Source: Candidatus Omnitrophota bacterium (lineage in GTDB: Bacteria > Omnitrophota > Gorgyraeia > 1-14-0-20-64-10). Taken from it: 64,000 bases of DNA. Positions 47,301 through 56,460 of this stretch are shown one piece after another (positions within the stretch are counted from its first letter, which is position 1; each line of letters starts with the position of its first letter). The stretch is from assembly GCA_023248155.1 (NCBI GenBank), contig JAHFFE010000005.1, positions 29,057 through 93,056 on the forward strand, in the 5' to 3' direction. A model generated the notes under the pieces. The model did no database searches. It saw only the letters and a program-made list of their open reading frames with translations, and was not told where the DNA came from. A program made the position numbers and the translations under genes.

Positions 47301-50300
47301 CCGAGTCGATGGAGTCATTCAGGGGTCGCCCGCGGTGGGTGACGTGGACGGCGATGGCACTGACAATGTGGTTGTGGCGGCTAACCGGGGCGGTGTGTAT
47401 GTTTTTGAAAAAAATGGTAGTCTGATGCCCGGCTGGCCTGCGTTGAGAGACGAGTCTTTTCAAACGCAGCCGGCTTTGGCTGATTTTGATCGGAACGGCG
47501 ATCTTGAAGTTTCAATCGGTGTTGGGCGAGTCGTCTATCTTTTGGATTCGTTCGGCCGCATACTTCCAGGATGGCCGCAGAACATGGTCTTGTTCGAGAA
47601 TGAGGTTATTGCTGTTGTCAGCACCGTAATAGGCGACATCAATGGCGATGGAAATGCGGACATCATTACTGCTGCTGGGGGTTTGCGCCCTCTGGTCGTC
47701 CAATCTGGAGCATCTTCTTTCAGCGGAGGGGTTTTTGCCTGGAATTTTGACGGGACACCGATTGATTTAAATCCGGATTCAGGATTTAACCGTAATCTTT
47801 TTACGGAGAATGTGGCGATCGTGCCGCCGGTCATCGATGATCTGGATGGAGACGGGAAAGTGGAGCTGGTGGCCAGCTCGACCGATGATAAGGCATGGGA
47901 TATTCTGCGGGATCATAAAACAAAAAACAGGCGGTCTATTTATGTGTGGGGCCTGGATGCTGCCTATGACGTTTCCAAAATGCCGTGGCCCGCGTTTCAG
48001 CATGACAACGCGCACAGCGGTCGAGTAATTGTCCCCAGGCCTTTGGTCCCTTCGGCCCCGGCGAATTTCTCGGCAGAGGCAACATCATTTTCCAGCATTA
48101 TTCTGAGATGGACGGATACGGCCGATACTGAGCAAGGGTTTAAAGTATTCCGGAGCCTCAATGGAACCGACTATACGCAAATTGCCAGGTTGGGGCGTGA
48201 TGTAACTTCATATCTGAATCGGGGTCTTGCGCCTACGACCCCCTATCATTATAAAATCACCGCTTATAATACAACCGGTGATTCCGCTCCGGCCGGTCCG
48301 ATGAGCATCACGACGCCGGAATTACCACCGGCCGCGCCGTCAGCTCTTTCGGCTCAGGCAGTCTCAGGCACGCAGATCAATCTTAACTGGACCGATCAAT
48401 CCAGCAACGAGACCGGCTTTTATCTCGTTCGGAGTGAGAGCGGAGCGGGCGGTTTTAGTCGAATTGCTACGCTTTCGGCCAACATCACCTCCTATGTGGA
48501 TATAAGCGGCCTGACTCCCCTCACCACCTATCAATACAAAGTGCAGGCGTATCACCTGGGCGGATCATCGGAGTTTTCCGAATTGGCGAGCGCCACAACG
48601 CTGGAGGCGCCTCCTCGGGCTCCAGAAAATCTTCGAGCTCGGGCTGTTTCACCGACTCAGATCGATCTCACCTGGCGTGATAAGTCCGATAACGAGACCG
48701 GCTTTAAAGTTTATCAGAGCGTGGATGAGACCAACTTTGTTGAAGTTGCCAACGTGGATTCGTCTGATGTTAGGGCGCATTCTATTAGCGGCCTGAATTC
48801 CAATACCCGCTATTTTTACAAAATCACGGCTTACAACAGCATGGGTGAATCAACGCTTGTTGGGCCGGTGAATGCAATGACGCCGAATTCACCTCCAGCG
48901 CCGCCCGGTTCTCTTCATGCCACTTTGCTGGTTACGCCAACTTCCGCAGACCGAATCCAGCTGACCTGGGTGGATCAATCCAACAATGAGCAGGGTTTCC
49001 GCGTGTTTCAAAGCAGGGACGGGGGAGTCAGCTTCAATCGAATCGCCAGCCCCTCAGCCAATGTCACTACTTACACGACCCGGGCGCTGGCGGTCAACGC
49101 CACCTATCATTATCAAGTCATTGCATATAACAATGGGGGCGAATCAGAGCCTTCGGGTTTGGCGAATGAAACGACCCGGGAGACTCCGCCTGAGCCGCCA
49201 ACCTCTTTTCGGGCCCAGGCGGTTTCACCCACCCAGATTGATTTGGCGTGGCGGGACCCATCCGATAATGAGGCTGGTTTCAAAGTATACGACGGCAGCC
49301 TTAATCTGATAGCCGCGCTGGGAGCTGATGTCACCAGTTACAGCCATCTGAATTTGACACCCAACACGCGCTACGACTACAAGGTGGTTGCTTATAATGA
49401 CCTCGGTGAGTCAGCGGTTGTCGGTCCTGTGAATGCCACGACGTTCAACACACCACCTCAAGCGCCGACCTCTTTGAGTGCCACTGTTTTGGCCACCGGC
49501 AATGAGATCCGATTGACTTGGACCGATCAATCCAATAATGAGCAAAACTTCAAAGTTTTTGAGAGTGTGGATGGGGGTGAGTTTACCCAAATCAGAAGCC
49601 TCGGGGCGAATGTCACCACTTATACAGCCGGTAGACTGGCGATCAACAAAACCTTCAGCTACAAAGTCCAGTCTTATAACAATGGGGGAGCGTCCGAGTT
49701 TGCCGGTCCTGTGAGTGCCACGACACGGGACGTACCGCCTGCACCGCCGACTTCTTTGCGTGCACGGTCGGTTTCAACGACCCAGATTGATTTGACCTGG
49801 GCGGACCAATCCAATAACGAGACCGGTTTCAAGGTTTTTCAGAGTTTGGATGGAATTACTTTTTCTCAAATCGCCACTCTTGGGGCCGATGAAAGAGTCT
49901 ATTCCGTAAACGGCCTTACTGTCGGCACTCGTTATGACTACAAGGTGACTGCTTACAATGACATTGGCGAATCGGCACCGGCTGGCCCAGTGAACGCAAC
50001 GACGGTGGACGTTCCGCCTTCGCCGCCCGCTTCTCTTCAGGCCGTGTTGGTGGTCACATCGACTTCGGCCAACCAGATCCGGCTTACCTGGGCGGACCAA
50101 TCCAATAACGAGACAGGCTTCCGGGTGTTCCAGAGCACGGACGGGGGAGTCAACTTTGATCGAATCGCCAGCCCTGCGGCCAATGTTACCACCTACACGA
50201 TTCAAAATCTGGCGCTCAACGCCACCTATCATTATAAAGTTCAGTCCTACAACAGCGGTGGAACGTCCGAGTTCGCCGGCCCGGTGAGTGCCACAACCCA

Positions 50301-50868
50301 GGACGTACCGCCTCCACCGCCAACGTCTCTTCGGGCCCGGGCGATTTCCTCCAGCCAGATCGACCTGACGTGGCGCGACCGGTCCAGCAACGAGACGGGC
50401 TTCCGGGTGTATCGTGAGACCAATGGTGTGCTGAGCGAGATAGCGGTCCTCGGTCCCGGTGTCACTGGTTACAACCATGTAGGTCTTACTGAGAACACCC
50501 AGTATTACTACAAGGTGGTTGCTTACAATAGCATTGGGGAATCAGCGGCTGTGGGTCCTGTGAGCGCGACGACATTAAAGACCACCCCAGCATCTCCCAG
50601 CAATCTGTCAGTTGGCAGCGTTACGGTTTCTGCCATTAAGCTGAACTGGCGTGATAATGCAAGCAATGAAGAGGGTTTCAGAATCTACCGCAGTGCCGAT
50701 AACATTACCTTTACTCGAATCAAACAGGTTGCCACTATGAACTTGCAAACCTACAACAACACCGGTCTCGCTCCTCAGACCACTTACTACTACAAGGTCA
50801 CCGCTTATAATAGCGGCGGAGAATCCGATTTGGCCGGGGCTGTTTCTATCAGTGCCAGGACCTCATGA
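44392..50868 (+). CDS. Giant secreted S8 serine protease 3, with signal peptide, propeptide, S8 domain, FG-GAP repeats and about 10-11 tandem FN3 domains
   Basis: Triad motifs are 'IAVIDTGVDYNHPDL', 'HGTHCSGIA' and 'GTSMACPHVAGLAGLL'. The N-terminal 37 aa are nearly identical to protease 2. Confidence 0.9.
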   Translation: MKLTNFRKSRWNRSLSLFLVASLCFLQMPVTFAQAMVPESADPTQIEPSEDLPEYVPGEFIVKLKEGHTLAELDGLRVENGILSAEPIFPKVASPEENLAELKQKRAGLDNPDHTSWFWWSNKESSEAKNYEARNAREKARLDAAIAAQTALVQKLVDRKKRAPEGSVVPSLEGIHLLKAASDADVSSLVAIFQSNPAVDYAQPNYKQKILQVPNDEFYSIQWGPQKIQADLAWDITTGSEDVIIAVIDTGVDYNHPDLAANIWSDPITGQHGYDFFNNDNDPMDDHGHGTHCSGIANAVTNNAIGVAGISWNSKIMALKFLSAAGSGDTVDGLRAIEWAVDHGADVLSNSWGGGPYEPPLQLAIDYADASGCVVVAAAGNSNTDRVFYPAAYNHVISVAATSRNDQRASFSNYGPSVDVAAPGVAILSTVPSSGAALRDPSGYRLLSGTSMACPHVAGLAGLLLAGRPGLSTQEVESVLKASSDDIYAQQIPDPLTGASVPLNPLYIGQGRINARKAVELIQGLPIGALVTQGLLTGPVIRGLAGGANFARYDLYHGKGINPARSEWVFIHGSTVPVLDDPATPAANNDGILYADFDPTTLEEGKNTLILVIQTLDGREIEYRTSVMAINFTALFPLNNDILRKGDSITVRGSILGSFLDYTVQYGEGKNPQVWKTEGISLLHPGAGRNVEGDLASWDTSVVPPTSLLFGNFYTLKISVTRESGVKDYFIYMVYLDDKLKQGWPQYIQKSSSGSADFADMKTADLDQDGIKEIITVRAGTEMVPITALFVYRLDGSLKWSKQLDGFGNGSIVPLIGDINRDGKNEIFVSVRDPASPSADKIYAFNGDGTNFGTGWPATIRLGLATLLMADLNQDGKNKIVARSHNSELIGGREKEFLFILNQAGVIEKEIEFPNQSRSFSRSPFQSVGNFDDDRELEIVLVSGTGLAGSSESAVFVFNPDGSLVSGWPARVDGVIQGSPAVGDVDGDGTDNVVVAANRGGVYVFEKNGSLMPGWPALRDESFQTQPALADFDRNGDLEVSIGVGRVVYLLDSFGRILPGWPQNMVLFENEVIAVVSTVIGDINGDGNADIITAAGGLRPLVVQSGASSFSGGVFAWNFDGTPIDLNPDSGFNRNLFTENVAIVPPVIDDLDGDGKVELVASSTDDKAWDILRDHKTKNRRSIYVWGLDAAYDVSKMPWPAFQHDNAHSGRVIVPRPLVPSAPANFSAEATSFSSIILRWTDTADTEQGFKVFRSLNGTDYTQIARLGRDVTSYLNRGLAPTTPYHYKITAYNTTGDSAPAGPMSITTPELPPAAPSALSAQAVSGTQINLNWTDQSSNETGFYLVRSESGAGGFSRIATLSANITSYVDISGLTPLTTYQYKVQAYHLGGSSEFSELASATTLEAPPRAPENLRARAVSPTQIDLTWRDKSDNETGFKVYQSVDETNFVEVANVDSSDVRAHSISGLNSNTRYFYKITAYNSMGESTLVGPVNAMTPNSPPAPPGSLHATLLVTPTSADRIQLTWVDQSNNEQGFRVFQSRDGGVSFNRIASPSANVTTYTTRALAVNATYHYQVIAYNNGGESEPSGLANETTRETPPEPPTSFRAQAVSPTQIDLAWRDPSDNEAGFKVYDGSLNLIAALGADVTSYSHLNLTPNTRYDYKVVAYNDLGESAVVGPVNATTFNTPPQAPTSLSATVLATGNEIRLTWTDQSNNEQNFKVFESVDGGEFTQIRSLGANVTTYTAGRLAINKTFSYKVQSYNNGGASEFAGPVSATTRDVPPAPPTSLRARSVSTTQIDLTWADQSNNETGFKVFQSLDGITFSQIATLGADERVYSVNGLTVGTRYDYKVTAYNDIGESAPAGPVNATTVDVPPSPPASLQAVLVVTSTSANQIRLTWADQSNNETGFRVFQSTDGGVNFDRIASPAANVTTYTIQNLALNATYHYKVQSYNSGGTSEFAGPVSATTQDVPPPPPTSLRARAISSSQIDLTWRDRSSNETGFRVYRETNGVLSEIAVLGPGVTGYNHVGLTENTQYYYKVVAYNSIGESAAVGPVSATTLKTTPASPSNLSVGSVTVSAIKLNWRDNASNEEGFRIYRSADNITFTRIKQVATMNLQTYNNTGLAPQTTYYYKVTAYNSGGESDLAGAVSISARTS
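48040..50860 (+). repeat. About 10 tandem FN3-domain coding repeats (~285-290-bp period) in protease 3
   Basis: The recurrent protein pattern is 'PP.PP..L.A.AVS.TQIDLTW.D.S.NETGFKV(Y/F)QS.DG..F..IA.LGA.VT.Y...GL...T.Y.YKV.AYN..GES'. Confidence 0.8.
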
Positions 50869-53800
50869 AGGACAAACTTCCAAAGCGTTTTGTTTCTTTT
50901 CTTTTAGTTGCTTTGTTCTGCCTTTTGCAAACCCCGCAATTTTCAACGCCGGCGGTTGCTGATGATTTGAGTCTTTCTGCGCGCGCGGTGATGAAAAAAT
51001 TTCTCCAAAGGCACAGCCATCCGTCAGAAGAGGTTTTTTTGAACTCTGTTCCCGGGGAGCTGATTGTAAAACTCAAAGAAGGGCACACTCTGGCAGAACT
51101 GGATGGCTTGAAACAGAAATACCGGATCCTTAGTGATGAACCCGTTTTTCCACCGGTTGTCTCTCCGCAAGAAAGCCTTGCTGAACTGAAAAAGCAACGG
51201 ACCGCGTTGGAGAACCCCGATCATTCCGGCTGGTACTGGTGGTCGGACAAGGAATCGAAAGAATCGAAAGATTACGAGACGCGAATCGCCCAGCAGAAAG
51301 AGAATCTGGACAAGGCGATTAAAAACAAAGAACAGTTGATCGATCACTTGCAAGCCCGCCAACAACGTGCCCCCGAGGGAAGCTCGGCTCCTTCGTTAGA
51401 AGGGATCCATTTGCTGAGAGCGGCTGAGGACGCGGACATTCCCTTGCTGGTAAATAAATTTCAAGACCACCCTGCAGTGGCCTATGCTGAACCCAATTAC
51501 GAAATGAAAATCAACGCTCTTCCGAACGATACTTATGTGGATCCCGACGGGGACGGGGATTGGGAGACAGCACCCTGGATTCCGGCCTCCAGTTCGGTGA
51601 TCTACGAGGCACTTTGGGGCGTCAGGAAGATTGAGGCGGACCGGGCCTGGGATTTGTTTGCTCAGCAGGGGACTCAGCCCGGTTTTGAACGAGCGGGGCA
51701 TGGAGTAGTGGTGGCGATCATCGACACCGGTATCGATTACAGGCACCCTGATTTGGCGGCGAACATCTGGCCGGGATTAGGTCACGATTTTGTTAACAAT
51801 GATGATGACCCGATGGATGACAACGGTCATGGAAGCCACTGCGCCGGGACGATTGGGGCTGTGGGAGGCAATGGAATCGGGATTATCGGCATCGCTCCCG
51901 GGGTTCAACTGATGGCTGTCAAAGGACTTAATGCGGAGGGTTCGGGAAGCAATGATCATTTAGCCCAATGCGTGCGCTATGCCACAGACAATGGAGCCGA
52001 CATTTTAAGCAATTCTTGGGGTGGGCAGGGAACTTCCAGCTTGTTTAACGAAGTATTTTCCTACGCGCAGGCTCATGGGGTGATCTGCGTTGCGGCGGCT
52101 GGTAACAATAACGCAAGCGTAAACGGTTTTACACCTGCCAATGTGCCTGGCGTCATTACCGTGGGGGCCAGCGATTCCCATGATCAGAAAGCCTCTTTTT
52201 CCAACTGGGGAGCCCGAGTCGATCTGTCTGCTCCCGGCGGGGGTGTTGCATCGGAGTTGGGCGGTAATGATTCCGACATCAGGAACATTCTTTCTACTCT
52301 GCCGGAAGGGGTGACGATTTCCGAAAACCATGAACTTCAGGTCAGCGAAGGCTATTACCGGTTGGCTGGAACCTCGATGGCTTGCCCCCATGTCTCCGGC
52401 GCGGCGGCTTTGGTATTAGCAAGACGTCCGGGCACAAGGCCTGATGAGATGAGAACCCGTTTAAGGGCCACCGCGGATGCCTATCCGGTTGCTCCGTCTG
52501 TTCCGCTGGGTACCGGCCGCTTGAATGCTTACCGCGCGGTTGATGCGGAGCCTTTTCCGTTTATTCAAGTCATCGGTTCCGAGCAAACAGAAGGGGCCGG
52601 AAACGGCGATGGAATGATTGAAGCCGGCGAAGAGCTTCGACTGGTTGTCAAGGTAAAGAACTTTTGGGCCTCGGCCTCGAACGTTAGTGTCACGGTCCGA
52701 TTGCCGGAAGGAACGCCTCTCTCAGTGGTTTCCGGTTTTACGCAGCTGGGTACTTTGGCGGCTGGAGAACAGAAAGAAAATTCTGATCAACCCCTGGTTT
52801 TAAAAGTTCGGGACGATTTTCGGCTGACGGGGGAATACCCGGTTTTGTTCGATCTGCTGGCGGACGGACATCTTCGGACCGTTTCGGGTTCTGTGCGCCT
52901 GGGTGTTTTGTTTTTGCCTCTGCCGGAGGGAGCGAATCCTTCCTTGGCTCGATTATCCGGACAAAAGCTGGTCTATCAGGATGACCGTCGTTTAAACAAT
53001 TCCTACCATGACTTGTATGAATATGATTTAAGCCGGAAGGTGGAGCGATTACTGCTTGCGTACCCCGGGACTCCGGAAGAGGAAGATATTCGTATCGATG
53101 AACTGGCTTATGAAAACGGCAAAGTGATTTTGGACCGGATGCATCTTCCCCTGGATGTGGAGGATTACCAGAGAACGCTCACATTGTTGCGTTCCGATAA
53201 CGGACGAGAAAAAACGATTGTTAGGCTGCGGCAGCCTTCTGATCCGGATTCCTCACCCCTTGATTTTCCGTATCATCCGGTTTTTCGGGATGGCCGGTTG
53301 GCTGCTATCGACTACGGTACGGTAAGGGGCCAGATTGTTCAGAAGGGATTGGCTGTTCGGAACGTGTCGGCCCAGGGTTCCACGAGTCTTTTTTTGAAGG
53401 AGGATTTTGATGGAAGAGGGGTTTCCGCCTTCGATCTCTCCGGCAACCGTCTTGTGGCGGCGGCGCAGGATGAGACGTCCGGCCGGACCGACATCCTGCT
53501 CTATGATATGACCACGCGTCAGTCTCAAACGATCGCGTCGGAGTCTCGGCCTCTTACGATCGTAAGTGGCCTAAGCGTAGATGGAAATTTTGTAGCGTGG
53601 AGTACGATTGCGTTTAATCTGTCTATCGGGCCACCCGGCATTCCCCTTCTCGGGCTGACATTCAATTTTCAAATTTTCGTTCATGATCTGCGCAGTCACG
53701 TGACCCGGGTTCTCGCGCGCGTCGATAACGGCAGTTTCTTTAGTTTTTTTTCACCCCCGTTTGTTCGGGACGGCTGGGTGGTTTGGGCCGATCCCCGGGC

Positions 53801-54809
53801 CGACCCTGCGAAAATTTCTTCGGATATCTACTTATACGATTTGTCAACGGATCGAGAGATCCGGTTCGTTTCCAGTTCGAAAATAGAACACGATCCCGGC
53901 ATTTCCGATGGGCTGGTTTATTGGCAGGAGGGAATTCGCTTAAGCAAGATTTGCCTGGCAAAACTTCCGGAAAGCCACCCGCCTGTTCTCGATCCGCTAA
54001 CGCAGCAAACCGTTGATGAGGAACAATTATTAAGTTTCACGCTTCACGCCACGGATCCGGATGGCGGGCAGATCCGATTCTTGGCCGATTCTCTGCCGCG
54101 GGGCGCCTCTTTGGATCCCGAAACCGGTCTATTTTCCTGGACTCCCGATTATACGCAGGCGGGTTCTTACCCCGTCATATTTCGGGCCGACGACAACCGG
54201 GCCTCCGTTACGCAGAGCGTTTCGATTCTGGTCCGGAATATTCCTCGTCCGCCTGTGCTGGCCGCCATTCCGGACAAATCGGTGAATGAAAACATGACAC
54301 TCTCATTCACCATTTCGGCGACGGATCCGGACGGAGAAGTGATCAGCTACAGTGCTGACGATCTTCCGGATGGGGCGCAGTTTAATTCAGCGCAGAGAAG
54401 ATTTTCATGGAAACCGAACTACAACCAGTCCGGTTTTTACGTAGTGAAGTTTATAGCGAAGGATCCTGGAAATTTGGCTGATTCTGAAGTTGTTCAGATT
54501 ACGGTCAACCATGTGAATCGTCCGCCAGGTCTCAATAGTATCGGAGTCCCCGGAAGAGGTGGGGTTGCATTGAAAGGCGTTCGGGCTACCCGGACATTGA
54601 CTTTTACCGTGAATGGGTCCGATCCGGATGGGGATGCGCTAACCTTCAGCGCTTCAGGATTGCCTGCGGGAGCGTCGTTTGATCCTCAGACGAGAACATT
54701 TAGCTGGACTCCGACCGCTCGGCAGGGCGGCGTTTACAATGTGGTCTTCCGGGTATCCGACGGCATCCGAACGGATTCTCAAACCATCAACATCATTGTC
54801 ACCGCATAA
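50865..54809 (+). CDS. Secreted S8 serine protease 4, with S8 domain, a PD40/TolB-like beta-propeller and 4 cadherin-like repeats
   Basis: Triad motifs are 'VAIIDTGIDYRHPDL', 'HGSHCAGTIGA' and 'GTSMACPHVSGAAALV'. Its ATG overlaps the protease 3 stop ('ATGA'). Confidence 0.85.
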   Translation: MKDKLPKRFVSFLLVALFCLLQTPQFSTPAVADDLSLSARAVMKKFLQRHSHPSEEVFLNSVPGELIVKLKEGHTLAELDGLKQKYRILSDEPVFPPVVSPQESLAELKKQRTALENPDHSGWYWWSDKESKESKDYETRIAQQKENLDKAIKNKEQLIDHLQARQQRAPEGSSAPSLEGIHLLRAAEDADIPLLVNKFQDHPAVAYAEPNYEMKINALPNDTYVDPDGDGDWETAPWIPASSSVIYEALWGVRKIEADRAWDLFAQQGTQPGFERAGHGVVVAIIDTGIDYRHPDLAANIWPGLGHDFVNNDDDPMDDNGHGSHCAGTIGAVGGNGIGIIGIAPGVQLMAVKGLNAEGSGSNDHLAQCVRYATDNGADILSNSWGGQGTSSLFNEVFSYAQAHGVICVAAAGNNNASVNGFTPANVPGVITVGASDSHDQKASFSNWGARVDLSAPGGGVASELGGNDSDIRNILSTLPEGVTISENHELQVSEGYYRLAGTSMACPHVSGAAALVLARRPGTRPDEMRTRLRATADAYPVAPSVPLGTGRLNAYRAVDAEPFPFIQVIGSEQTEGAGNGDGMIEAGEELRLVVKVKNFWASASNVSVTVRLPEGTPLSVVSGFTQLGTLAAGEQKENSDQPLVLKVRDDFRLTGEYPVLFDLLADGHLRTVSGSVRLGVLFLPLPEGANPSLARLSGQKLVYQDDRRLNNSYHDLYEYDLSRKVERLLLAYPGTPEEEDIRIDELAYENGKVILDRMHLPLDVEDYQRTLTLLRSDNGREKTIVRLRQPSDPDSSPLDFPYHPVFRDGRLAAIDYGTVRGQIVQKGLAVRNVSAQGSTSLFLKEDFDGRGVSAFDLSGNRLVAAAQDETSGRTDILLYDMTTRQSQTIASESRPLTIVSGLSVDGNFVAWSTIAFNLSIGPPGIPLLGLTFNFQIFVHDLRSHVTRVLARVDNGSFFSFFSPPFVRDGWVVWADPRADPAKISSDIYLYDLSTDREIRFVSSSKIEHDPGISDGLVYWQEGIRLSKICLAKLPESHPPVLDPLTQQTVDEEQLLSFTLHATDPDGGQIRFLADSLPRGASLDPETGLFSWTPDYTQAGSYPVIFRADDNRASVTQSVSILVRNIPRPPVLAAIPDKSVNENMTLSFTISATDPDGEVISYSADDLPDGAQFNSAQRRFSWKPNYNQSGFYVVKFIAKDPGNLADSEVVQITVNHVNRPPGLNSIGVPGRGGVALKGVRATRTLTFTVNGSDPDGDALTFSASGLPAGASFDPQTRTFSWTPTARQGGVYNVVFRVSDGIRTDSQTINIIVTA

Positions 54810-54833
54810 AATAGAATATTGATTTTTTACCGC

Positions 54834-54872
54834 TTGACAGTAGAGAAATGTCTATGTAGACTAATCTCTATG
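54834..54872 (+). promoter_or_regulatory. Putative lexA promoter with an overlapping palindromic operator
   Basis: The -35 'TTGACA' is at 54834-54839, followed by a 17-nt spacer and a -10-like 'TAGACT'. The inverted repeat 'GTCTAtgTAGAC' lies within a 30-bp imperfect palindrome 'tagagaaatgtctatgtagactaatctcta' immediately upstream of the ATG at 54870. Confidence 0.4.
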
Positions 54873-55517
54873 AAGAACAAACAACTCCTAACCCCTCGGC
54901 AGCAGCAGCTTTTGGAAGTCATCCGTCAGCAGATCGCGAAACGGGGAATTCCTCCCTCGATTCGCGAAATGAAGGAGGCGATCGGCGTGAATTCATTGCG
55001 CGGCGTCACGATTCATCTGGATGGGCTGGAAGAAAAAGGTTACATTGAGCGCAGCCGTCAGGCGCGTTCGATCCGTATTTTGAATCCACAAAACAGCGGT
55101 GTTGAAGACGATTCGTTCGTTACGCCGGTTCCGTATATGATTCCGGTCGTGGGCCAGATTGCCGCCGGACAGCCGTTGCTGGCCGAACAGCATGTTGAAG
55201 AACGGCTGGCGGTTGATCCGCGCTGGGTCCCGGGTCCCGGTTGTTTCGCGGTCCGCGTGCGCGGTGAAAGCATGATTAACGCCGGAATCAATGACGGCGA
55301 CTATGTCATGGTTCGTCCCCAGCAGGATGCGCAGAACGGCGAGGTAGTCGCAGTTCTCATTGAAGGTGAAGCCACCGTCAAACGATTTTACCGCGAAAAG
55401 AACGGAATGATTCGTTTGCAGCCTGAAAACCCGGCCATGGAACCGATGATTTACAATCCGAAAAACCAGTCAATTCGTATCATCGGCAAGGTCGCCGGCC
55501 TCTTCCGCAAGTTTTAA
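54870..55517 (+). CDS. lexA: LexA repressor (wHTH + S24 autopeptidase)
   Basis: An Ala-Gly cleavage site 'IAAGQPLLAEQHV' is present. The S24 motifs are 'RVRGESMINAGI' (Ser) and 'TVKRF' (Lys). The start is placed at the ATG at 54870; the tracked ORF starts at TTG 54819. Confidence 0.85.
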   Translation: MKNKQLLTPRQQQLLEVIRQQIAKRGIPPSIREMKEAIGVNSLRGVTIHLDGLEEKGYIERSRQARSIRILNPQNSGVEDDSFVTPVPYMIPVVGQIAAGQPLLAEQHVEERLAVDPRWVPGPGCFAVRVRGESMINAGINDGDYVMVRPQQDAQNGEVVAVLIEGEATVKRFYREKNGMIRLQPENPAMEPMIYNPKNQSIRIIGKVAGLFRKF

Positions 55518-55576
55518 GGGGAGCTTCTTGACGAAACGGCTTTGCATTGGTACTGTGGATAAAACAGGAGTTTCTG

Positions 55577-55804
55577 ATGCCTAAAGCCTTTGTCATGATT
55601 GATGTTCACCCGGGAAGGGAGTCCGACACGCAGTTGTTGGTTAAGAATATGCCGGGTGTTACCTTTGTCTATCAAGTAACCGGCAGCCACGACATGATCG
55701 CTTTCCTGGACGCCGAACCATACGAAGAATTGGCCGTCATTGTTTCCAAAGTTCGTCGTTTAGATGGCGTACGCGCCACAGATACCGAGCTTGTTCTTCG
55801 TTAG
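55577..55804 (+). CDS. Stand-alone Lrp/AsnC-type RAM (ligand-binding) domain protein
   Basis: 75 aa, 'MPKAFVMIDVHPG...VYQVTGSHDMIAFL' matches the AsnC_trans_reg C-domain fold. An AGGAG Shine-Dalgarno lies 7 nt upstream of the ATG at 55577. Confidence 0.6.
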   Translation: MPKAFVMIDVHPGRESDTQLLVKNMPGVTFVYQVTGSHDMIAFLDAEPYEELAVIVSKVRRLDGVRATDTELVLR

Positions 55805-56460
55805 TGCGTGATTCGGATATTCACGCGGCAATTCGCGCGCTGCGTGTTTTTTCCCGTCAGCGCCCTTTGCCGGCAGTTGAACGAGTCACCGGTTCAAAGC
55901 CAGATCCTTTTCTGGTACTGATTTCCTGCCTGTTGTCTCTGCGTACCAAAGATGAAGTAACGGAGCCCGCTTCCGAACGGTTGTTTGCCAGAGCACGAAC
56001 ACCCCAGCAGTTACTCAGCCTTCCTCTGCCAAAGCTCCGTAAATTAATCTATCCGGTTGGTTTTTATAAAACCAAAGCGCAGCGCATTCATCAGATTTGT
56101 TACCATTTGATCGGCCGTTTCCAGGGCAGGGTCCCTTCGACGATGGAAGAACTGCTGACGCTGCCCGGTGTGGGCCGGAAAACAGCCAACCTGGTACTGA
56201 CGCTTGGGTTTCAAAAGCCCGGTATTTGCGTTGATATTCATGTGCACCGGATTTCAAACCGCTGGGGGTATATCAAAACAAAAACTCCGGATGAGTCGGA
56301 GACCGCGCTTCGCAAAAAATTGCCGGCGCGTTATTGGATGGAATATAATTTGCTGCTGGTTGGGTTCGGGCAGGATGTGTGCCGGCCGGTATCCCCCTGG
56401 TGCAGCCGCTGCCCGGTCGCAAAAACCTGTTCCCGCGTCGGCGTCACCACCTCCCGCTAA
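55804..56460 (+). CDS. HhH-GPD superfamily DNA glycosylase (endonuclease III-like) with a 4Fe-4S cluster loop
   Basis: It has the 'LPGVGRKTANLVL' helix-hairpin-helix motif and a C-terminal 'C-x6-C-x2-C-x5-C' cysteine cluster ('CRPVSPWCSRCPVAKTC'). Confidence 0.7.
   Translation: MRDSDIHAAIRALRVFSRQRPLPAVERVTGSKPDPFLVLISCLLSLRTKDEVTEPASERLFARARTPQQLLSLPLPKLRKLIYPVGFYKTKAQRIHQICYHLIGRFQGRVPSTMEELLTLPGVGRKTANLVLTLGFQKPGICVDIHVHRISNRWGYIKTKTPDESETALRKKLPARYWMEYNLLLVGFGQDVCRPVSPWCSRCPVAKTCSRVGVTTSR

Noticed and set aside
37090-50860. Regularly spaced tandem repeats that could be mistaken for a CRISPR array or a satellite.
   Set aside because: The repeats are 285-290 bp, in-frame and encode cadherin-like or FN3 domains inside long ORFs. 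There are no short direct repeats with unique spacers.
23209-54809. The T2SS-protease block as a horizontally acquired genomic island.
   Set aside because: No flanking tRNA, integrase, transposase or direct repeats were found, and GC content looks similar to the neighbouring DNA. Island status cannot be supported from this window.
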